This document shows, one piece after another, positions 48,749 to 60,587 of a stretch of 64,000 nucleotides of DNA. Position 1 is the first letter of the stretch; every line of letters begins with the position of its first letter. The DNA comes from Mobula birostris. Taxonomy: Eukaryota. The position numbers were made by a program, and so were the translations under genes. The notes under the pieces are model-generated. The model was given only the letters and a program-made list of their open reading frames with translations, searched no databases and was not told the DNA's origin. The stretch is taken from contig NC_092374.1 of assembly GCF_030028105.1 (NCBI RefSeq), positions 31,195,016 through 31,259,015 of the forward strand. Direction: 5' to 3'.

Positions 48749-51024
48749 CAGTGCTTATAAAAAGTATTTAACCCCCTTGGAAGTGTTTTATAGCATTGAA
48801 TCACCCCCAGTGTATTTGACACTGATCAACAGAAAAAGATTCTTTCATGTCAACACGAAAACAGATCTCTACAAAGGGATCAAAATTAATTACAAATATA
48901 AAACACAAAATATTTGATTGCATGGGTATTCACCCCCTTTAATATAACACACCAAATCATCACTGTTGCAGCCAATTAGTTTTAGAAGTCACACAATTAG
49001 TTAAATGGAGATCTGTTTCAGAGACTTGTGTCCAGTCAAGGTGTTTCAACTGATGATAGTAAAACTACACCTGTATCTGAAAGGTCCATCTGCTGGTGAG
49101 TCAGTATCCTGGCAAAAACTACACCATGAAGACAAAAGGTCACTCAAGCAACTTCACAAAAAGGTTACTGAAAAGCTGGAATCAGGAGATGGGTACAAGA
49201 AAGTTTCCAAGTCACTGAATATCCCTTGGAGTACAGTTAAGTCAATCATCTAGAAATGGAAAGAATATGGCACAGCTCTAAATCTGCCTAGAGCAGGTCG
49301 TCCTCAAAAGTTGAGTGACCATGAAAGAAGAGGACTAGTGAGGGAGGCCACCAAGAGATCTATGACAACTCTGGAGGAGTTACAAGCTTCAGTGGGTGAG
49401 ATGGGAGAGACTGCGCATACATCAACTGTTGTCTGGGTGCTTCACCAGCCGCAGCTTTATGGGAGAGAAAACCACTGCTGAAAAAAACCTCACATGAAAT
49501 CTCAGCTAGCTTGCCAGAAGGCATGTGGGAGACTCTGAAGTCAGTTTGAAGAAGGTTCTATGGACTGGTGAAACCAAAATTGAACCTTTTGGCCATCAGA
49601 CTAAATGCTATGTTTGCATAAGCCAAGCACCACACATCATCAAAAGCAGACCACCCCTCTGAGAAGCATGGTGGTGGCCGCATCATGCTGTGGGGATGCT
49701 TCACTGCAGCAGGCCCTGGAAGGCTTGTGAAGGTAGAGAGTAAAATGAATGCAGCAAAATACAGGGAAATACAAGGTGGGAGGAGAAGATGGTGGCGCGA
49801 CGCAGCGCACGCGGCCTCTCCGATGATGAATATCTATTATCTGTCAAGTAGGATGCCGTGCACAATTCTGATTGGATGGAGACAGACATGAGAGCACGGA
49901 GGAACATCTAGTGAAACTTCAGAAATGCCTGTTTCGCTGCCACCGCTACTGTGTGATCCGAAATCTCCCGAGGGGAAGGCCCCGAATCTTCGGCTTTGCC
50001 TGTTGCTTGAAGGCCGGGGTCGGGGTCGAAGCGCTCGGCAGAGATGGTGCTCGGTGTCGGAGGGCTGGTCGGAGGCTCGAAGTTTTCAGACGGACTCAGA
50101 GTCGGACTGTGGTCGGGTGTTTCCAGGATGCTGCATCGGCAAGTTTGCGGCGCTGGAATCTCATGGCAGGGAGAGTTTCTTCCTTCTACCGTCTGCGTAA
50201 GATGTTGGGGCTATCGGGACTTCGAATCTTTTTTTTACCGTGGTCTGCTCTTATCAAATTATGGTATTGCTTTGCACTGTTGTAACTATATGTTCTAATT
50301 ATGTGGTTTTTGTCAGTTTTAGTCTTGGTCTGTCTTGTGTTTCTGTGATATCATACTGATATCATTGTATCATTTTTTTAATGCATGCATTTCTAAATGA
50401 CAATAAACGAGGACTAAGTGTCCTCATGATCTAATCTAAATCTAAAATCCTGGAGGAAAACTTGATGCAGTCTGCAGGAGAACTGTGACTTGGGAGAAGA
50501 TTTGCTTTCCAGCAAGACAATGACCCTAAGCATAAAGCCAAAACTACACAGGAATGGCTTAAAAACTACCAAGTTAATGCCCTGGAGTGGCTGTGAAAAT
50601 CCAGACCTCAATCCAATTGAGAATTTGTGGCTGGACTTGAAACGGGCAGTCAGTCATGATCCCCATGCAGTCTGGCAGAGCTTGAGCAGTTTAGTAAAGA
50701 AAAATGAAGAAAAATTGCGGTATCCAGACGTGCAAATCTGATTGAGACCTAACCACACAGACACAGGTGTGTAATTGCTGCTAAAGATGCAACTACTAAA
50801 TACTGTCTTGAAGGGGTGAATACTTATGCAATTGATTATTTTGTGTTTTAGATTTGTAGTTAATTTAGATCACTTTGCAGAGATCTATTTTCACCTTGGC
50901 ATGAAAAATTCTTTTTCTGTTGATCAGTGTCGAAAGAGCCAAATCAAAATCCACTGCGATTCAATGATATAAATCAAAACATGAAGACTTTCAAACGGGG
51001 GGTGAATACTTTTTATAGGCACTG
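48749..51024 (+). mobile_element. Tc1 DNA transposon (Passport-like, IR/DR), full-length but disabled
   Basis: TA|cagtgcttataaaaagtatttaaccccc ... ggggtgaatactttttataggcactg|TA. Inner DR gtattcaccccctt at ~48926. Transposase remnants atgaagacaaaa..., [32 protein letters not shown], ttccagcaagacaatgaccctaagcat (FQQDNDPKH), PDLNPIENLW. Confidence 0.93.
49771..50444 (+). mobile_element. Non-autonomous ~0.67 kb retroposon (GGGAGGAGAAGATGGCG family), copy 3
   Basis: Head ggtgggaggagaagatggtggcg; tail gaggactaagtgtcctcatgatctaatctaaatcta. aaat duplicated in the Tc1 target (49767-49770 / 50445-50448). Confidence 0.9.
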
Positions 51025-51716
51025 TATGCTCCGGCTCTTGGTAGGGTCACCCATGCCAAACAGGTCAAAGGGTAGACTTCAGAGTAAGAGTGGTGCACCG
51101 GTCCGTCGGTTCGGAGGTTCAGCTCAGAGCTAACAACCCTGACTGGTAAAACAAATTTGTTATGGGAACAGCAATGCCTGAGTGTGATGGTATTCCTGAG
51201 TCTCTACTTGGGACTTTGACAGTAGCGAAAACCAAGAGGAAGCTACTGACATGATGAAGGAAGCCTTGAACATCACCAGAGATGGAGGACCTTCATTGCT
51301 GCCCTAAACACCAGTGGTGTAATGGACATAAATAAATAATCAGGAATGGAGCTCTGTGGTAACCTGGAGACTGCCTGTAGATTAATTTCATGAATATCCC
51401 TTTGGCAGTCCCAGTCGCACACAATGCACTTCCATGGATTTCACATCCCATCTACTTAGTGACAAAAGGAAACATTTTTCCCTTTTTGTTAACACGGAGG
51501 AAATGGAATCACCAGTTTGGAGGTTTGATTCTTGGCTATGCATGTTCCTGTAGCAGATCCTTTCTGGGCTGACAGTTTGGGCATTCTCTTCTCCTAACCA
51601 CAGGTAGAGGAGAGTTCCAGACAAAACTATTTATAGCTTACACTTCAACTGCTTGTTATGATATTTCTCTGGCCTAGAGGCAGGAAATCTAAACACCTAC
51701 AGTAATATAAAATATG

Positions 51717-52228
51717 AACTTAGTGCCCACTTTATTAGGCACCTCTGTATCTAATAAAATGGCCGCCGAGTTTACATTCGTAGTCTTCTGCCGGTACTGC
51801 CCATCAACCTTTAAGGTTTGATGTGTTGTGCATTCAGAGGTGCTCTTCTGCACATGGTCATTTGACTTGCTGTCACCTTGGAAAACCAGTCTGGCTCTTC
51901 TCCCCTGCTTTTTCTCATTAATAATGTGATTTCGCCCACGGAACTACCACTCACTGGTTGCTTTTTGTTTTTCCCACCATTCTCTGTAAACTCTAGAGAC
52001 TTGTGCATGAAAATCCCAGAAAATCAGCAATTTCTGAGATACTCAAGCCACCGCATCTGGCACTAACAGTCATTCCGTGGTCAAAATCACTTGGATCAAA
52101 TTGCTTTCCCATTCTGATATTTGGCCTGAACAATAACTGAACCTCCTGACCATGTCTGCATGCTTTTATGCTTTGCGTTGCTGCCAGGATTGGCTGATTA
52201 GGTATTTGCAGTAACATAGAGGTGTAAC
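51717..52228 (-). mobile_element. Tc1-like element remnant (different family), N-terminal HTH only
   Basis: MGKQFDPSDFDHGMTVSARCGGLSISEIADFLGFS (ORF 51993). Terminal motif agtgcccactttattagg...ctaataaaatggcc. Confidence 0.7.
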
Positions 52229-52514
52229 TATTTCAGTTGTCCTTTTAGCCTTGCACTTCCTATCAGCAATGTCTTCTGAATAATCACTATAACGCTCTTC
52301 CACGTTCCAGGGAAGGAATCAATGACAGCTTGGAGATGGATCTCTGAGCGTGCACATCATTTGTGAAAAATTGATGATAAAAGATGAGGATGGTTTTGGT
52401 TCTGGAGAGGAGAGCATTTTCCAGTTTGTCTCTTGGCAGGAGGTGAGGTGCAGTATAGCCGAGAGGCAGACAGAGAAAAGGACTGCAGCAATGATACGTC
52501 CATGTTTAATTAGG

Positions 52515-52945
52515 GATCAAGGATCAACCTTATATGCTATATTCATTTATATGTATTAGGAATTTGATGTGGCGTGTTGGTCAGGATGCGACATGCAACA
52601 AGAAGCAAATTTCAACAATTGTAAAGAATAATGAATTATATAAAAATATAAGAGTATGGCTATGGGTTAAAAATATACCTAAATACATCAATACCACATG
52701 TATATGCAATGTAAACAGCATTATAAATGTGTGTTAAAATGTTGACAGTGTGTGTAGTGACTGAGGCAATAAACAGAGGGGGCTGGGGTGGGTTAACTAT
52801 AATAGTCGATCAGATTAACTGCCTGGGGGAAGAAACTTCTAAAATGGGGTGAAGTTTTTGTTTTTAAAAACCCATGAGCACTTTCCAGGAGGCAACTTTT
52901 AGAAAAGGTATTTTGCAGGGTGAGTAGCACCCGCAATGATCACCC
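52515..52945 (-). mobile_element. Rex1-type LINE 3' end
   Basis: Tail gatcaaggatcaa on +; ttaactgcctgggggaagaaact is the reverse of SFFPQAV. Confidence 0.55.
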
Positions 52946-53694
52946 ACACAAATACTGAACTTTTTGGCTGAATTGGTAGGCCACTGTGCCAGTTTGTATA
53001 TGGTAAAGGCTTTCTGCTAAGCATGAAGCATATTGCCACTTGGATATTGCCAGTGGTTCTGTCCACTCATTTGTGAGCGATCATAAGCAGTAAATCATTC
53101 AGATTAATATTTAATCCTTGTGGAGGTCTGGATGTTTTTGGGGTGTTGCTACTGTATTTCAAACACCACAGGGCAGTTCCTGGGCATCCACTGAAGAACG
53201 CTTCTGTTTTACAACCCACATTCTTGTGCTTAGTAGGGATAATGTCACCACAATGGGGCAGACCACAGGACGCTGAATCAGAGGGCACTGTGCCTGGGCC
53301 AGTCTGCAAGAACTCTCCAGAGTTCATCTTTCAAATCCCCAAAATCTAGGAGAGAACAGGTCTTGCTCTGATCAACTAGTCCAGAATCTGAGGTCATGGA
53401 ATATGAGGAAGTAGGACGAAGGGGTGTAAGAGGAAGGGAGGCAGTACCAGAGGCAGCTGCTTTCCACCTTTGCTGCCTGTGAAGAAGTAATTCGTATGCC
53501 GTGCCAGTAGCCTCAACATCAATTCCCCTTTCACATACAGCCCATAATCTCTACCTCCTCCTTGCCATTGGCTTTGACCACAATGCATCAAGGACAGGGA
53601 ACCTTCCAAACCATAATTAATGTAAGAAAGTGTGTGCTTGCACCTTCCACAGCAGAGAAATGAGGAAGAAGTAGAATAGGCTGAAGGAGATAAC

Positions 53695-54085
53695 AGAAAA
53701 GCAGAATATTGAACCACACGCCCCGGCCGCTCCCCATTTGACCTGCTGCCGTCCAGCAGAAGGTTCAGGGCACTAAAAGCCAGAACAAATAGACTGAGGA
53801 ACAACTTTTATCCCAGAGCTGTGGCCTCCATCACACCACTCCCACAGAACAATGACTGAAACTGTGAGCACACACATGCACACACAAGGACTCAAATACT
53901 TGCACTAACAGCACTTTGTGCATTACAGTGATATTCTGGTGCTGCTGCAGCTTATTTTCTGCTACTTATCTATTTAATACTGTTTTTCTATTACTACCAC
54001 TTTATTTAATTGTTTGAGAGGAAGCCAAACAGAGTTTCATTGTACCTATGTATAACGACAATAAAGATAATTCGATTAAAAAAAA
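53695..54085 (+). mobile_element. Rex1-type LINE 3' end
   Basis: cacgccccggccgctccccatttgacctgctgccgtccagcagaagg (HP..F.LLPS.RR), aacttttatcccagagct, then a UTR ending acgacaataaag. Confidence 0.65.
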
Positions 54086-54422
54086 AATTCAATTCAGTTC
54101 ATCCTATGGTACTACTTCAGCAATGGCCTGTTGTTAGATCCTTTGCATTATCTTTTCCACAGGAACGCGCAGGTGCCATTCCCCACCGATGGAAGCACAA
54201 GTCCTCATTGAGGGGTCTACAGTGGAAAGGGTGAGTACCTTCAAGTTCTTGGGTATCAACATCACAGGGGAACTATCCTAGGCCCAGTCCTTAGATGCAA
54301 CATTGAAGAAAGTGCATCTGTGTCTCAATCTTCTTAAATGTTGAAGGGTTTTTATTCTCAGAAGTTGAAGGAAATTAGGCATATCATCAAAGACTCTGAC
54401 AAACTTCTGCAGATGTATGATT

Positions 54423-54692
54423 GGGGTGCCATGGTAGCGTAGTGTTTAGTGTCATGCTATTACGGCCCAGGGTGTTCAATTCTGACACCGTTCTTTAATG
54501 AGTCTCTGTACATCCTGCCTGTGGGCTTTCCTGACTGCTCCGGTGTCCTGCCACGGTCCAAAGATACACCAGTAGGTGAAATGTCCTGTGATTAGGTCAA
54601 GGTTAATCGGGGTTGTGGGGTTGCTGGGACGGCGAGGCTAAAAGGGCTTTAAGGGCCAACTCCATGCCATATCGCTAAAATAAATAAATAAA
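54423..54692 (+). mobile_element. tRNA-derived SINE (HE1/V-SINE-like) inserted in a Rex1 fragment (~54160-54770)
   Basis: ggggtgccatggtagcgtagtg...tgttcaattctg...ctccggtgtcctgccacggtccaaagata; (TAAA)n tail. Confidence 0.82.
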
Positions 54693-55729
54693 TACAGTGG
54701 AACCCATTCTGACAGGCTGCAACCAGTTCCATCGTGGGTACAGCTCTCCTCACTGTCATGTACAAGAGGAAATGTCATCTACCATGTTCCGATGTTTTGA
54801 CGTATATGTGACAAATAAAGCTAATCTTTTAAATCATTACTGAGTCTAGTTTTTTTTTGTTTTAATTCCAGAAACATTTAAAACCTCCAGCTGCCATTGT
54901 GGGATTCAAACTCAAGTTCCAGGATCACGGCTTCAGATTATCTTGCTAGTCCAGTAACTAAGCCATTATGTTGCTGTGCTCTTTAATTAGAATCAATGAT
55001 GAGGACATTAAACTCTGTCCAACATTATTAGTCCAACATCTGGTAGCACATGGCATTTGACATTAACCTCTCAAGTTTGGCCATTGAATTTTAAAATATA
55101 GCACAGAACTGCACCCTTGTCCTTCCAACTGAATTCTTTCTTTCAACCTCTTTGTCTACTTTCTCCCTAGGTTTTTATTAACAATGTCCCCTTGGGGTTG
55201 TGGATTGAGAATATCTCTCCTCCTCCGACCTTGAACAAAACTTCCTCAGGTCAGTACTGGAAAATTGGCTCCTGCCTCTCCATTCTTCAATCATTCTTCT
55301 GCTTTACAGGGTCAGGTTAATCTCACACGGGGCACTAAAAAGAGATAAGGTAGCTTTAAGCAGAGCAAGCCAGATCTATGTAGTGCTGGTTGATTTTGGA
55401 TCCCCAACTGATATATCCATCCAAAGAACAAACAAAGTTCTGGCTGCAAGTCGAACTCATGCTGACTGCAAGCAGGAATCAAACAGAAAGAGGGTTGTAT
55501 TTCATTATAGTTGGATCTTTGCCTTAGCTAACATCATGCTAAATGATCAAATATTTTGTTTTCTGATAACAAAGGCCTTGAATTTTTTGAGAAATATACA
55601 CCGCTAGCATTTCCCTCTATTACTGTTTGGAAGCATGAGAGTTTCGTACAGTTACAACTCAAAATGAAAGCCCCACTCTTCCTGACAGATGCTTATCAGT
55701 GATTTTGAAGAAAGGTGGAAGTACAGGGA

Positions 55730-56060
55730 ACAGAATTAGGAGTGGGCCATTGGAATCTTCAAGCCTCCCAGCCATTCAATATGATCAAGTCTCTGTATGA
55801 TCTTCTCATCACATCCTTATTTACTGAAGCCTAAGATTCTTAAATATATTTCATGACTTGGGCTCAACTGTCTTCTGTGGGACAGAATTCCACAGGTTTA
55901 CCACTTTCCTCATCTCAGTCCTGTGTAGCTTACCTCTTATCCTTAGAAGGCGATTTAGGGGGCTTGGGCTTCCCCACCATTGGAACTGTCCTTCCAGCAT
56001 CTAACCTAGCCAGTCCTATAAGAATTTGTAAGTTTCATTTAGGTTCTCTCTAATTCTTCT
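55730..56060 (-). mobile_element. CR1 3' end, decayed
   Basis: tctgtgggacagaattccacaggtttaccac is the reverse of VVNLWNSVPQ. Confidence 0.7.
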
Positions 56061-56900
56061 AAACATTGTCAAATATCAAATTTAATTTCTAATTATCATT
56101 CAACCATGCATGAATATAGCCTCTGGGGCCAAGGTGCAAAACACATTACCCACAGCGTACAGCACACTGCAAATAGGACATAGCACAACTATCACATATT
56201 ACAGAAAAAATATGTCGTCACAAAGAAAAAAATAATAATATAGCCCAAGTCCCTGAGTGGCATGACCAGAGATTGTCCTGGTCCAGCTTGTTCTTCCGCG
56301 GAGCAAACACAGGAGGGCAACACTAAGCGAACACCGGAGGACAGCATCAAGTGAATACTGGAGTGCTGCACTGATAGGAAGGACCAGCTGCCAACTCAGC
56401 ATGATTCCAGCAGGCTCAGGAGAGGTTCCCGCTCTCTCTCCTGGGTGGCTGCAACAGGCTGCTGTGTCCAAGGTGACCCCATGGCCGAGGCCTAGTCCTC
56501 GCTACAACTGAGGCAATGCGGCTCCCCACAGCTGGTTTCACCAACAAATGGACTTGCAGTATTCTACATTACCAATGTCCAATAGGATCTTATGATCTCA
56601 ATAAAAACATCCAGGATAATCACTTGCTCTGTATGTTGGATCAGTCATTGTCTCTGCACAATGGTATGCCGAAAGTCCAGGTCACAACACAATGATACGC
56701 AATAAGTCTACCTCCATTCACAAGTTGATCAAACTTGCTGTGTCTCAGCATGCCGCCGTCCTTCCAGAAGACAATATAAGCTCAATTGTCCCACTCTCTT
56801 TTTATGGATCAATCTTGCCATCCTACGGATGGCTCCCCTCTCTCCAAGGGACGAACATTCTTCTTGCCGTAAGTAGGCCATGACTTTATCAATCTTAGTG

Positions 56901-57048
56901 TAACACACACAAAAAACTGGAGGAATTCAGCAGGTCAGGCCACATTTATGCAGGGATATAGCCATAGATGCTGCCTTACCTGTTCAGTTCTTCCAGCTTT
57001 TTGTTCTTGGTGCTCAAGATTGCCAGCATCTACAGAATCTGTTGTGTC
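56901..57048 (+). mobile_element. Collapsed fold-back PLE mini-insertion
   Basis: acacacaaaaaactggaggaattcagcaggtcaggc / gctgccttacctgttcagttcttccagcttttt plus tail ccagcatctacagaatct. Confidence 0.7.
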
Positions 57049-58054
57049 ATAGTTCTCAGGGAGTGGTCTCACCAAGACACCTTGCAAATACATTAAGATA
57101 TCCCTACTCCAGCACTCAAATCCTCTTACTATGAATGATAGTACACTATTTGCCTTAATCACCTGCTGTATCAGTAGTCTTAGTTTCATTGACTGGTGTA
57201 CAAGGACATCCTGGTCTCAAGGCACTTCTCCCTTTCCTAATCCATCACCATTCAGATAATAATGGTCTTCCAACTTTGCCACCAAAGTGGATAACATCAC
57301 ATTTATCTGCATTACACTGCATCCACCACGCATACACCTAGTCATTCAACCTGCCAGTCACACCGGACCCGCTTTACAATCTTCCCATAGCTCTCGCTCC
57401 CATCCAGCTTTGTGGTATCTGCAAACCTATTGATATATATTTAATTCCCTTGTTAACTCATTAATCTGAATAGCTGTGTTCAAAGCACTGAATACTGCAG
57501 TGCTTGACAATATTTCCTCTTTTTATCTCCTGTATGCCAACCAGTTCATTAAGTTATCCCTTATACCACTGTTTTAATTTCACATACTTATCTCTTATGT
57601 GGGTCTTCAGGTCCAAATACACCACATCAATTCATTCTCTTCAATACACCTGGAAGTTACAGTACATCTTCAAAATATTTCAGTAAATTTGTCAAGTATG
57701 AGCTTCCCTTTATGAAGTCATGCTGACTTTGACTGATGCAGTCATTGTTTTCCGAATACTCTCCGATTGTATCTTTAAGAGTGGAGTCTAGCATTTTCCC
57801 CAACTCTGTCTTTACTTTTATGTTTTAGTTCTCCCTTTTGTAAATAGTGGAGTATATCTGCTACTCTCCGATCTGTGGTAACTGATGCAGAGTTTAAGTA
57901 ATGTTAGAAAATGATGACCAATGCATCCAATATTTCTTGGGACACTTTCATAAGATCTCTGGGATGCAGAATATAAGGCCATGGGGGATCTATTGGCTTT
58001 CAATCCTATCAATTTTTCCAGCACCTCCTCTCTACTAATAAAGGCTTCTACAAG

Positions 58055-58259
58055 AGGGAAAAAAACAACTTCCAGAGGATCTCAATGGTTTTGGCCACAT
58101 CCGTAGAGCTAAATGGACAGTCACCATTTCAGTGTGAATCGTTCATCAGCCAGATGAATGGTCTCAACTTGAAACATTGACCATCCCTTTGCCTCTGCAG
58201 ATGTTGCTTGACTTGCTGTATTCCTCCAGCAGTTTGCTTCTTTTTACTCCTGATTCCAG
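58055..58259 (+). mobile_element. Older fold-back PLE mini-insertion
   Basis: Centre ttcatcagccagatgaatggtctcaacttgaaacattgac holds back-to-back decayed hammerhead motifs; arms are diverged. Confidence 0.6.
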
Positions 58260-59125
58260 AATCAACACAACCATACCTCAAGGCTGTGTCCTTGGCCTAC
58301 TGCTCTACTCTGCCTACACTCATGACTGTGTGAATAGGCACAGCTCAAACACCATCTATAAATTCACAGATGGCACCACTTTTGTTAGCAGAATCTCAAA
58401 TCGCAATGAGGTGTACAGGAGTGATTTAGATCAGCTGGTTGAGTGGTATCACAACCACAACCTTGCATTCAACATCAGCAAGACCAAGGCATTGATTGTG
58501 GACTTCAGGAATGGAACACCCACCGGTCCTCATTGAGGGGTCAGTGGTGCAAAACGTGATTAGCTTCAATGTCCTGGGTGTCAACATCTCACAGTATCTA
58601 TTCTGGGCCCAGCACGTTGATGCAATCATGAAGAAGGGATGCCTGCAGCTATACTTCATTAGGAGTCTGAGGAGCTTTGATATGCCACCAAATACTCTGG
58701 TAAATTTCTACATATGTACAGTGGAGAGCATTCTGACTGGTTGTATCACAGACTGGTATGGAGCCTCCAGTGTGCAGGATCAAAGAGAGACACCTCGCTC
58801 CATCATGGGCACAACCCTCTGTACCACTGAGGACATCTTCAAAAGGCAGTGCCTCAACAAGGTGTCATCCATCATTAAGAAGCTTTATCATCTGGGGCAC
58901 AACCTCTTTTCATTACCAGCCTCAGGGAGGAAGTACAGAAGCTTGAAGACCCACACTCAATGTTTTAAGAACAGTTTCATCCACTCTGCCTTCAGATTTC
59001 TGAGTGATCTATGACCTCAGTATACCTCTTTTGTACTATTTATTTTTGGTAATGTTTAGTAACTTCTACCTTGCACTGTACTGATGCCACAAAACTACGA
59101 ATTTCATGACATACATCACTTAATT
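58260..59125 (+). mobile_element. Rex1/Babar LINE 3' half
   Basis: IPQGCVLGLLLYSAYTHD...YKFTDG; NFYICTVESILTGCITDWYG; SGRKYRSLKTHTQCFKNSF. Confidence 0.9.
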
Positions 59126-59214
59126 ATAACTTCCTTTGTGAATGCAGAACTAAAATATTTGCTGAATGTGTCTGCCATTTCTTTGTTCCCTATTATAAGT
59201 GCTCTTCCTGACTG

Positions 59215-59637
59215 ACCATCCAGGTCATGCTCGCTTCTTGGTGTTACCATCAGGAAGGAAGTATAGGAAACTCAGGACCCATACCATCAGTTTCAGGAAT
59301 AGTTAATACCCTTCAGCCATCAGGCTCTGGAACCAGAGGGGTGACTTCACTCACCCCAACACTGAACTGTTCCCACAACCTGTGGGCTCACTTTCAAGGA
59401 CTCGTCATATCACGCTCTCGAGATTTATTGCTTATTTATTTGTTGTTATTATTTTATTTTTGTTTTCTTTTTGCATTTACACAGTTTATTGTCTTGTGCA
59501 CATTGGTTGGTCACGGTTTTTCATTGATTCTATTGTGTTTCTTTGTATTTACCTTGAATGCCTACAAGAAAGTGAATCTCAGGACAGAATATGGTGACAC
59601 ATAAGTACTTTGATAATAAATATACTTTGAATTTTGA
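59215..59637 (+). mobile_element. Rex1-type 3' end
   Basis: ccatccaggtcatgctc...ccatcaggaaggaagtatagg; UTR ending aagtactttgataataaatatactttgaattttga. Confidence 0.75.
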
Positions 59638-60587
59638 AGTGACTGAATCTTTAGAACTGTGCATAGTAGTCTTTTTTCTCTCTGCATATCTATAGAAGCT
59701 TTTATGATCAGTTTTTATGTTTCCTGCAGGCTTCACTCTCATACTCAGCTTTCCCCCTTTCAATTAATCTCTTTGTCTAAAATTATACTAAACTATTCCC
59801 AGTCGTCAGTTGCTTTTCTCTGCCAACTATATCCTTGTATCTAATACTATCCCTGAGTTTTCTTGTTAGCTATGGATGAACCACCCTTCCTGCTTATTTT
59901 TGTGCCAGACAGGAATGAGTAATTATTGTAGATTATCCATGCACAGTTTAAGAGTTTGATGAACTCTCAGCCTCCAAAGTAATAGTCTCCAATGTATCTT
60001 AGCCAACTCCGGCCTCATATTATAGTTTATTTTAATTAGATTCAGGACCCAACCCTCAGACTCCACATCAAAACTCTCCATCTTACTGATGAATTCTATC
60101 AGATTATGGTCACTCCTCCCCAAAGTGTCTCACCTAACAAGACTGCTAAGTACTAGTCCTTTTGGCTTGCTCCCTAGTTGAGTTTTCAATGCATTGTTTG
60201 AGAAAACCATCTTGTATATGCTCCATGAATTCTCATTTACAGTGTTATTACTAATTTAGTTTGCCCAATCTATACCTTTAATTTTCCTGTTTAATGCCAT
60301 CCCTAACATTAGCAGTATTGTTTGGGATTCTGTATAAACTCCTTTGTGCATTCTCAGTGCCCTTGGTATTTATTAGCTCTCCCTGCACAGTTTCTATATC
60401 CTTCCTCACCTTTCTGTTGTTTGTACCTTAACCAGCTTTGCAGCCACCACACTGCTCCCCCACCCACTTCCTTCTTTTTGCCTTTGTTCCTAAATACTGA
60501 GTACCAGTGGGAACTCAGTTCCCAAACTTGGTTCCGTTCCAGCCATGTCCCTATAATCCCACTTATATCATACCTGTTGCATCTATT

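Larger units (their letters stand above)
48664..51339 (+). mobile_element. Short non-autonomous RTE derivative (~0.4 kb, 5' UTR plus 3' end), split by Tc1
   Basis: ggaccacaaccttgtcgtgg...gcgtgcctcaa...gagctatg...agggtcaccca...caggtca resembles RTE/BovB 5' ends. (TAAA)n tail. Degenerate 15-bp TSD tcaggtatagatctc (48649-48663) / tcaggaatggagctc (51340-51354). Confidence 0.7.
48310..51377. mobile_element. Tigger/pogo-like MITE (outermost layer of nest)
   Basis: Imperfect TIRs caggtgctccccaggtt (48310) and gtaacctggagactgcctg|TA (51359-51379). Confidence 0.6.
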
